The notes under the pieces were generated by a model. That model made no database searches, was not told where the DNA came from, and saw only the letters and a program-made list of their open reading frames with translations. A program made the position numbers and the translations under genes. Below are positions 8,687-16,478 of a stretch of DNA of 26,634 nucleotides, piece after piece. Every line of letters starts with the position of its first letter. Within the stretch, counting starts at the first letter, position 1. The stretch lies in IMG/VR virus record IMGVR_UViG_3300028844_008255, positions 1 to 26,634 of that record; one strand, written 5' to 3'. Origin of the DNA: a virus (lineage: Duplodnaviria > Caudoviricetes).

Positions 8687-10612
8687 TTATTCTTTTTTCT
8701 TCTTTTCTTCCTTTAATAAGGGCTCAACTCCCCTTAATTTAAGGTAGTCATTAACTTCATCTAACGATTTATCATACATATAAGTTAGTACATTCCTTAA
8801 AATATCACCTTCATCAGTATTAGGAATGTCACCAACTGTAGCTTTAAGAATTATCTCTGATAGAACCGGTGGCAAGTTAAGAAAAATGCATAGCGCTATA
8901 ATTGGTCTTAATTCAAAATCGGTTTTGTCGGGATCAACATATCTGTTTAAGGTGGCTCTTGATATTCCGCTTTCATCAGCAAGTTTAGTTTTACTGGTTT
9001 TAAACTGCTCCATGAGATATTTGAACATCTCGCTAAAAGATCTTCTTTTAATCAGTTCTACTCTCATATTGGTGATACGTTCTTGTGATTCAAATCCAGC
9101 TTTCTTAAGTTCGGTGTTTTTGAATTTATCAGGTTCTCTACATGATTGAATCTCATAAGTCAAATCTTCCCTAATATCTCTACATAAATAACAAAAGACA
9201 ACAAATGATGGAGAGTGAGTTAAGTCTACCTTGCTTTTGGCAGTTACTTTAAATTTTAGCGCGCATTCATCAAGATGAACTCTTGCATAATCAGTAAGTG
9301 TGCCTTCTTTCGTTATATATTTTGAATCGTTAAAAACGACGTGATTTTCGATGAATCTATATTTGCCAGTGGCAAAATGAATGAATGCTTTATTGCTATT
9401 TACTAAGTCATCAAAACCAATAGAATAAGTTTCGCCTTCTCTTAAGCTATCTTTATCGAATAAATAAGGCGTCAAGTAATGCCCATCAACATAATCAAAT
9501 ACGCCTTTTACTGTCGAATAGCCTAAATCAATGAGTCTTTTCTTTACTGCATATTTAGTGACGCCATATTTATCAGCTAAGTTTTCAATAACATGAGGAG
9601 CGTAATTCTCAAATTTAGTTCCATAAATTCTTTGAGTGTCCATTACTTCAATTTCATAACTATTAATTAAACTTTCTTTATTCATCAAAACACATGGAGC
9701 AATGGCATTAGCTTGGATTTCTATGTATTTTAAATTGTCATCTCCAGCAATGAAATCAAGACCGCCACTAGTTAAGCATTCCAAATAAGCTAGGTTTTTA
9801 TTATAAATCCTTGCAAAGCTAAAGGCTTTTTTATGAAGATAGAAATGCAAACACTCATGAATGATGGTGATATTAATTGAATTCAAAGATAAATAATAAT
9901 TAGCAGTTTCATCAATGACTATCGTGTTAGCTTCTACTTTTTCTTCCTTGTAACTATTGGTTTTTTCATCATAAAACGAAGCACTGACATCCATAAAATA
10001 AGACTGACCAAAAACTGATTTGTCTTTCTTTATTCTTCGAGTTAGAAGCTTCAATCCCATTCTTTTAACTATTATTAAAGGGTTTACTGTAGAACCACTA
10101 AATGCTTCGGGATAGTACTTACTTAAAAACTCTTTTGCTACTTTGTCATAATCTTCTCTAGAAATATAAGGTACCAATGCACCATCTAATGAATGCTTGG
10201 ATCTTGAAGGATCATATTCACCTGTGCCATTGAATCTAACATCTTTTATGTTTTCGTTATCCATCTTGGCGAGATATTGAACCCTAAGCCATAGTTTATT
10301 ATATGAATCCGATTCCATTGAGTAATGACCATCATAGTCATAAAGAAAAATGACTTCAGGATTAGCAATTATCTCGAAACAAATCGTATCAGGGGTGATT
10401 TCCTTATGTTCCCATACTTTAGCTGTTTGTATTCCAAAATCATTTACACCGAAATACTGAACCTTTGACAGGTGGTTATATCTAGGATCGTTATATATTA
10501 TGTTTTCTATATTACTTCTACAAAAATTCTTTATTCGCTTGCAAATATCATCTTCCATATTTAGCAAGATATATTCTAAAAACTGATTGTGGTTCTTCCC
10601 CATCGATATCAC
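8687..10612 (-). CDS. ImmA/IrrE-family metallopeptidase fused to a C-terminal XRE HTH
   Basis: IIHECLHF (HExxH) with downstream EIQAN; C-terminal SKTKLADESGISRATLNRY HTH. Confidence 0.75.
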   Translation of the reverse strand: MISMGKNHNQFLEYILLNMEDDICKRIKNFCRSNIENIIYNDPRYNHLSKVQYFGVNDFGIQTAKVWEHKEITPDTICFEIIANPEVIFLYDYDGHYSMESDSYNKLWLRVQYLAKMDNENIKDVRFNGTGEYDPSRSKHSLDGALVPYISREDYDKVAKEFLSKYYPEAFSGSTVNPLIIVKRMGLKLLTRRIKKDKSVFGQSYFMDVSASFYDEKTNSYKEEKVEANTIVIDETANYYLSLNSINITIIHECLHFYLHKKAFSFARIYNKNLAYLECLTSGGLDFIAGDDNLKYIEIQANAIAPCVLMNKESLINSYEIEVMDTQRIYGTKFENYAPHVIENLADKYGVTKYAVKKRLIDLGYSTVKGVFDYVDGHYLTPYLFDKDSLREGETYSIGFDDLVNSNKAFIHFATGKYRFIENHVVFNDSKYITKEGTLTDYARVHLDECALKFKVTAKSKVDLTHSPSFVVFCYLCRDIREDLTYEIQSCREPDKFKNTELKKAGFESQERITNMRVELIKRRSFSEMFKYLMEQFKTSKTKLADESGISRATLNRYVDPDKTDFELRPIIALCIFLNLPPVLSEIILKATVGDIPNTDEGDILRNVLTYMYDKSLDEVNDYLKLRGVEPLLKEEKKKKE

Positions 10613-10743
10613 CTGCTCCCCTTAAGTTTGATAAAAATATTATAGTAAAAATTAGGATTGATTTGAATTTCAAGTGGGCAAAGTATGAGAGAAATTTGGG
10701 CCATACATATTAAGTGGTAAGCTCACCCATTTGACTTTTCTGT

Positions 10744-11547
10744 TTACCAGGTTACCACATTATCTACAATCTCTTGCTGCTCATTAGCCGTTTTTCTTAA
10801 GTATATTCTTGTAGTTTCTATCGATTCATGCCCCATCAAATCAGCTAGCAAGGCGATATCGTTATATTTCTCAAGAAAGTTCTTTGCAAAACGGTGCCTA
10901 AAAGAATGTGGATACACAACATTAGGATCTATTCCAAACTTAACAGCGTATTTCTTTAACTGTTGTGACACACCTCTACTTGTGATTCTTTCGCCATATC
11001 GATTAACGAAAATATAACCGCTATCAAGATTTAGATCATTTTCAATCCATGTTTCAGCTTCAATTCTTAGGGCTTTAGGAATGTAAATTCTTCTTATCTT
11101 TCCACCTTTGGTATATATATCGATATATCCTTTTCTAACATGCTCAACTTTGATTTTAATAAGCTCACTTATTCTAGCTCCAGTTGCTGCCAGAAATCTA
11201 ACAACGAAATACCACTGTTTGTTCTTTTCTTTCTTAAGTTTCTTCTTCAAAAATTGATAGTCAGAATCGCTTATAACATTTTCTAAAAACAACCTCTGTT
11301 GAACCTTGACTGATTTGATTTTTAGATTCTCTTTTCCGACAAACACTAAGTAATTATTGATGGCTTGGATTTTTAGATTGACCGTTTTCGCTTTGAATTT
11401 CTCTATTAGTTCAGACTTCCAAGCTAGCAAGTTAGTTTTAGTGATTTCATCGAAATAAAGAAAATAATTCTTCACTGCTATTACATAAGCATTAATAGTG
11501 TTAACCGCTAAATTTAGGCTAACTAAATATGATTTAAAATCATCCAT
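10744..11547 (-). CDS. Tyrosine recombinase (candidate hsdS invertase)
   Basis: ATGARISE, KGGK, HSFRH, LMGH and TTRIY catalytic set; start set at ATG 11547 behind AAAGGAG; adjoins the silent hsdS cassettes. Confidence 0.92.
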   Translation of the reverse strand: MDDFKSYLVSLNLAVNTINAYVIAVKNYFLYFDEITKTNLLAWKSELIEKFKAKTVNLKIQAINNYLVFVGKENLKIKSVKVQQRLFLENVISDSDYQFLKKKLKKEKNKQWYFVVRFLAATGARISELIKIKVEHVRKGYIDIYTKGGKIRRIYIPKALRIEAETWIENDLNLDSGYIFVNRYGERITSRGVSQQLKKYAVKFGIDPNVVYPHSFRHRFAKNFLEKYNDIALLADLMGHESIETTRIYLRKTANEQQEIVDNVVTW

Positions 11548-11599
11548 GTTTAAATCTCCTTTCATGGGTGAGCATATTTAGTTTGCCTTGTTACTTTTT

Positions 11600-11619
11600 A
11601 TAATTGCTATTATGAGAAG
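11600..11619 (+). repeat. Shufflon site class A (ATAATTGCTATTATGAGAAG)
   Basis: Perfect 20-bp inverted match to 14744-14763; encodes NCYYEK in frame with the cassette at 11653. Confidence 0.88.
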
Positions 11620-11652
11620 TTCGGATGTTCAAGTGCAAAACTATTAGAAAAC

Positions 11653-12855
11653 ATGCCATTCGAATTACCTAATGGTTGGATTTGGATTAGACAATCAAAT
11701 TTATGCTGGCTTGACAATGGAAATAAGACTCAATCCGGTGAACTACCTTATCTTGAAGCAAAAGTTATAAGGCAAAATAAGCCAGATAAATATCAGACCT
11801 CTGGAGTTGTTGTTGATTCGAATTTTAAGTTGATTCTAGTAGATGGCGAAAATTCTGGAGAAATATTTACTCCGCCATTTCAGGGATACATGGGTAGTAC
11901 ATTTAAGATTCTTGATGTTACATTAGAAATTGATTTTCAGTATTTACTTTTAATTTTCGAACTTAATTTAGATCTCTATCGTAACAGCAAAACCGGTGCT
12001 GCGATTCCACACTTAAATAAAAAGCTATTTAAAGAAAATTTGATTGCTTTGCCACCTTTGAATGAACAACAGAGAATTGTCAAAAAACTTTCGGAATTTG
12101 ATCCTTTACTTGAAAGATATCAGAATATCGAAAAAGAACTTAGCTCATGTGAATCAACATTTGAGAAAAAACTAAAAGCATCAATTTTGCAGTATGCTAT
12201 CGAAGGTAAATTAGTTAAGCAAGATCCTAATGATGAACCAGCAAGCGTTCTTTTAGAACGTATAAATGCTGAGAAAGAAAAGTTGATTCAAGAAGGGAAA
12301 ATTAAGCGTGATAAGAACGATTCTCAGATACCTCTTGGTGACGATAAGAATTATTATCAAAACCAATGGGTTTATGCCAAATTAAAATCATTTCTTATAC
12401 CTAATAAAAACGGATTACCTGCTACTAAATATATAAAATACATAGATATTGATTCCATAGATAATAAAAAACACGAAATTAAAAGCTATAAACTAATAAA
12501 AGCTGAAACAGCAACTCCAAGAGCAAGGCGTATATTGATGGAGGGTGATATTCTGTATTCTATAGTAAGGCCATATCTTGAAAATATAGCAAAGGTTACT
12601 AAAGATTATTCTAATTGTATTGGCAGTACGGGTTTTTATATTTGCAGACCAATCAAATATTTAACAACTGATTTCTTGTTTATTATCCTCTTATCCCCAT
12701 ACTTTAAAAGCAAAGTTATGCCACATATGAAGGGTGATAATTCACCGTCAATAACATCAAAAGTATTAGAAGAAATACAAATTGCCATACCTTCTTTAGC
12801 ACAGCAGAAAAAGATAAATTTAAAAGTTGCAGAAATTATGAGTATTTTAGGATAA
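11653..12855 (+). CDS. hsdS: Silent, N-terminally incomplete hsdS cassette (alternative TRD1, conserved spacer, alternative TRD2)
   Basis: PFELPNGWIW, LPPLNEQQRIV, KASILQYAIEGKLVKQDPNDEPAS; opposite strand to hsdRMS; frame is open from site A at 11600. Confidence 0.88.
   Translation: MPFELPNGWIWIRQSNLCWLDNGNKTQSGELPYLEAKVIRQNKPDKYQTSGVVVDSNFKLILVDGENSGEIFTPPFQGYMGSTFKILDVTLEIDFQYLLLIFELNLDLYRNSKTGAAIPHLNKKLFKENLIALPPLNEQQRIVKKLSEFDPLLERYQNIEKELSSCESTFEKKLKASILQYAIEGKLVKQDPNDEPASVLLERINAEKEKLIQEGKIKRDKNDSQIPLGDDKNYYQNQWVYAKLKSFLIPNKNGLPATKYIKYIDIDSIDNKKHEIKSYKLIKAETATPRARRILMEGDILYSIVRPYLENIAKVTKDYSNCIGSTGFYICRPIKYLTTDFLFIILLSPYFKSKVMPHMKGDNSPSITSKVLEEIQIAIPSLAQQKKINLKVAEIMSILG
12338..12357 (+). 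repeat. Shufflon site class B, internal copy (GTGACGATAAGAATTATTAT)
   Basis: Perfect 20-bp inverted match to 13916-13935; encodes DDKNYY. Confidence 0.82.
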
Positions 12856-12870
12856 GAATTATTATGAGAA
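12851..12870 (+). repeat. Shufflon site class B (GATAAGAATTATTATGAGAA)
   Basis: Perfect 20-bp inverted match to 13911-13930; encodes DKNYYEK in frame with the cassette at 12875. Confidence 0.88.
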
Positions 12871-12874
12871 ACTC

Positions 12875-13417
12875 TTGAAAGATGATGCAGAAATATGCAT
12901 TCCGCAGAGTTGGAAATTGGTAAGGTTGTCTAATATTTCAATTATTCAAGAAGGTGCCGGAATAAGAACATATCAATATAGGAGTGAAGGAATTCATCTA
13001 TTAACAGTAACAAATATACTTGACGGATCAATAGATCCAAACATTTCAAAAAAGTATATAAATTATGAAGAATTTTTATCTAAATACATACATTTAAAAT
13101 TAAAGAAAGGCGATATCGTAACAGCTTGTTCTGGTGGAAGTTGGGGTAAGTGTGCGATTTTTAATCTTGATGAAGAATTTATGCTGAATACAAGTACATT
13201 AAGACTTCGCTTTTTTGGTGATGAAGGAGACAACAATTATCTTTATATGTTAGCAAAATCAGCTTTTTTCAAGAACCAGCTTTTAAAGCAACTAAGCGGT
13301 ATGCAGCCAAATTTTGGATATAGCCACTACAAAAAAATTATTGTTCCTTTGCCTCCTTTAATGGAGCAACAGAGGATAGTAGCTAAATTGAAGAAAATAT
13401 TTTATCAATTTTGTTGA
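12875..13417 (+). CDS. hsdS: Silent single-TRD hsdS cassette (alternative TRD2)
   Basis: IPQSWKLVRL, KKGDIV, PLPPLMEQQRIV; begins at class B site 12851. Confidence 0.85.
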   Translation: MKDDAEICIPQSWKLVRLSNISIIQEGAGIRTYQYRSEGIHLLTVTNILDGSIDPNISKKYINYEEFLSKYIHLKLKKGDIVTACSGGSWGKCAIFNLDEEFMLNTSTLRLRFFGDEGDNNYLYMLAKSAFFKNQLLKQLSGMQPNFGYSHYKKIIVPLPPLMEQQRIVAKLKKIFYQFC

Positions 13418-13910
13418 CAATTTTGCTTTGTTCATTCAATGGCGGTAAAGGTATTCGGTACGATTTAATCACTTTTGGATATAGCTCTATTTGGTTTGTG
13501 CTTCCTTCACATTTTTCTCTATACCAGTTTGAATGATAGGGCTGATAAGAAATAAATAAACGAATTTTGAATTCATTTTCAGCATCGGCCTAACTACAGT
13601 GATATGAGTATCCCAAACTACTTGTTGTTCTTTTATAATGCTATTTGAAACATATCCTGTTCTTCCTACAGTTCCGCCACCAGTAGAGTTAATTACTATA
13701 TCGCCAACTTTGAGCAAATATGAGTCAGTATAACGTATTAATTCGCTGGTCTCTGTTTTTAGACACCTATCTAAATGTATTCCATCCCATTGATTACATT
13801 TTTGAGCCAATACTAGTACTTTACCATTGTCGCTATATTTAGGAGTCTTTCCTCTTGAAATCAATGAACAGACATCATTCAAAGAAATAGTTTTCCAACT
13901 TGCAGGCAAC

Positions 13911-13935
13911 TTCTCATAATAATTCTTATCGTCAC
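13911..13935 (-). repeat. Shufflon site class B in the expressed hsdS
   Basis: GTGACGATAAGAATTATTATGAGAA on the minus strand, at the spacer/TRD2 boundary. Confidence 0.88.
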
Positions 13936-14030
13936 TAGCTACGATCTCTGACTCGTGTTTATCACGCTTAATTTTGCCATCTTTGATGAGCTTTTCTTTT
14001 TCTTCTTGTATTCGTTCTAAAAGTTTCGAA

Positions 14031-14899
14031 GCAGGCTCGTCATTTGGATCTTGCTTTACAAGTTTGCCTTCAATTGCATATTGAAGAATTGAAGCCTTTA
14101 ACTTTTCCTCAAATAATGATTCTAAATTAGTTAGTTTATTTTCTTCATTTTTATAATACTCTAATAGAGGTTCAACTTGATTTATTTTACTTAATATTCT
14201 TCTAGTTTCTCTTTCAGGTGGAATAGGAAAATATAGGTTGGCAAAACGCTCTTTACTTAGATTATAAAAAGCTTGCCCTGATTTTTTTGTAATATCCTTC
14301 ATAAGAGATTGAAATAAAGGGCTTGATATAAAATACATGATTATTTCTGAAATAAACGAAAGATTTAAAAATGGTCTAAAAATAAATACAAAACCACCAG
14401 CTGTAACATTATTTAATTCATGGTTAACTATACATATTTTTCCAATGTTCTCTACACTAGTAACTGATGGAGTTAGTAAATCATTAATTTCAAGAATGAT
14501 ATTTTTCGGGACTAGGTTTTCGGGAATATAAAGATCGTTGTCTTTCAAAAAAAGATTAAATGGCTCTATATTTCCGCCTCTTAAAACTCTTATATAATTT
14601 TCTTTTTTAGCTAATACCGCCTGTTCTTTTTTGAACGAAGCACCTGTTTGTATGCTTATGATATCTTTTATCCTTACCCATGCCCAACTTTCAGGTATTT
14701 CAAAAGGAAGCTCATCAGTTATATTTCTAATTTCCTTGCCATTCTTCTCATAATAGCAATTATCATCGCCTTTATAGATATATGACTCATTCTTATCTTT
14801 TTTGAGTTTGCCTTCTTTGATTAGACGTTGCTTTTCTTCATAAATCCTTTTAACAAGTTCACTGGCAGGCTCGTCATTTGGATCTTGCTTTACAAGTTT
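14031..14899. repeat. 35-bp perfect direct repeat within hsdS (14031-14065 and 14865-14899)
   Basis: GCAGGCTCGTCATTTGGATCTTGCTTTACAAGTTT occurs twice; encodes KLVKQDPNDEPA. Confidence 0.85.
14744..14763 (-). repeat. Shufflon site class A in the expressed hsdS
   Basis: Reverse complement of 11600-11619, at the N-terminal constant region/TRD1 boundary. Confidence 0.88.
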
Positions 14900-14954
14900 T
14901 CCTTGTATCGCCAATTGAAGAATTGACTTTCTAATCTGATCAGCAGTTAAATTT

Positions 14955-16457
14955 TTAATTGTCTTCATCTAAAAGCTCCAATATCTTGTCCAGTGTTTCT
15001 TCCATTTCAGCATTGTAAGCAGCTCTTTTCTCCCTAAATTCTTTTATTAAATCATGTGGATCGAGTATTTCATCTTCCTCATGAGGATAGCCACATAAGT
15101 CTAAATTATAATGATTATCTTCTAACTCTTTTTTTGTGTATTTCTTTGCCTTTGGGAATCCATCGATAGTTAATTCTTTCCTGTTGGCCCACCACTCTAT
15201 TACTGGTTTAAAGTGCTCTAATAAGATAGGTTTCGTCTTAGAGAAGTTTTTATAGCCTTCTGGCATGTCCATTCTATAAACCCATGTTTCTTCAGTTGGA
15301 TGAGTATTTTCAAAGAACAGAATGTTTGTTGTGATCGAAGTATAAGGAGCGAACACGCTATGAGGCATACGGATGATGGTATGCAAATTAAATTCATTTA
15401 ATAGCTTTGTCTTGATGTTGACTTTAGCGTTATCTTCACCAAATAAGAACCCATCAGGGATAATAACCGCCGCTCTACCATTTTTCTTAAGGCGATACAT
15501 AATTACATCAATGAACAAATCAGCAGTTTCACTACTTCTTAATTCAAACGGGAAATTGCTCTTAATGATGTCCTTTTCTGAACCACCATAAGGAGGATTC
15601 ATCAATATAATGTCGAACTTATCACTCTCTTTATAATCTCTAACATTCTTCTCTAAGGAATTCATGTGATAAATCTTCGGCTCATCAACATCATGCAAGA
15701 GAAGGTTTGTGATGCAAAGCAAATATGGAAGAGGCTTCTTTTCTATTCCATAAACCGCATTGTTGTATTTATCAACATCCTCTTCGCTTTTTCTTTGAGG
15801 TTCTAAATACTTTAAAGTTGAAGTTAAAAATCCACCTGTTCCACAGGCAAAATCCGCCACTGATTCCCCAAGCTTTGGAGCAATCATCTGCACCATGAAA
15901 TCTGTTACTGCTCTAGGTGTATAAAATTCGCCTGCGTTTCCTGCGCTTTGAAGACTCTTTAGAATGGTTTCATAAATGTTACCGAACTCATGCCTTTCCT
16001 TGTATTCAGAAAAGTCTACTTCATTGATAACGTTTATAACTTGCCTTAAAAGGACGCCGTCCTTCATATAGTTAGAGGCATCTTCGAAGACGTATTGGAC
16101 TATCCTTTGCTTTAGAGGCGTATCGGGAGTTATCTCAAAACGGCATTTCTTATAATTCAAATCAATTTCTCTGCCCTTGAAAAAAGGAAACAGAATATTG
16201 TTGATGAAATTTAACAAAGTGTCACCGGTAATAACGTTATTACTGTGATCATTAATAGCCCAATTGCGCCATTTAAGCTCGTCAGGTATCAAACTTTTAT
16301 AGTTTTCATCGAGCATTTCCCATTCTTCTTCTTTTGCATCATAAACCTTCAAGAAGAACATCCATGTCATCTGACTTATTCTTTGGGCATCGCCATCGAC
16401 ACCAGCATCATTTCGCATGATATCTTGTATTCTTTTAACTAAATTATTAATTGCCAT
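14955..16457 (-). CDS. hsdM: Type I R-M N6-adenine methyltransferase subunit
   Basis: GEFYTPR, DFACGTGGF (motif I), NPPY (motif IV); intact 500 aa. Confidence 0.96.
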   Translation of the reverse strand: MAINNLVKRIQDIMRNDAGVDGDAQRISQMTWMFFLKVYDAKEEEWEMLDENYKSLIPDELKWRNWAINDHSNNVITGDTLLNFINNILFPFFKGREIDLNYKKCRFEITPDTPLKQRIVQYVFEDASNYMKDGVLLRQVINVINEVDFSEYKERHEFGNIYETILKSLQSAGNAGEFYTPRAVTDFMVQMIAPKLGESVADFACGTGGFLTSTLKYLEPQRKSEEDVDKYNNAVYGIEKKPLPYLLCITNLLLHDVDEPKIYHMNSLEKNVRDYKESDKFDIILMNPPYGGSEKDIIKSNFPFELRSSETADLFIDVIMYRLKKNGRAAVIIPDGFLFGEDNAKVNIKTKLLNEFNLHTIIRMPHSVFAPYTSITTNILFFENTHPTEETWVYRMDMPEGYKNFSKTKPILLEHFKPVIEWWANRKELTIDGFPKAKKYTKKELEDNHYNLDLCGYPHEEDEILDPHDLIKEFREKRAAYNAEMEETLDKILELLDEDN

Positions 16458-16478
16458 CGTTCTATCTCCTTATTATTT

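Larger units (their letters stand above)
13383..14968 (-). pseudogene. hsdS: Expression-site hsdS (type I R-M specificity subunit) with a 1-nt frameshift near 13512-13516
   Basis: Overlaps the hsdM stop; two conserved QDPNDEPAS blocks and two TRDs. The ORF stops at 13487, but another frame continues CEGSTNQIELYPKVIKSYRIPLPPLNEQSKIV to TAG 13383. Confidence 0.85.

Noticed and set aside
11600-14763. Short repeats as a CRISPR array or diversity-generating retroelement
   Set aside because: The repeats are inverted, separated by 0.5 kb or more of TRD coding sequence, and no cas or reverse transcriptase gene is present.
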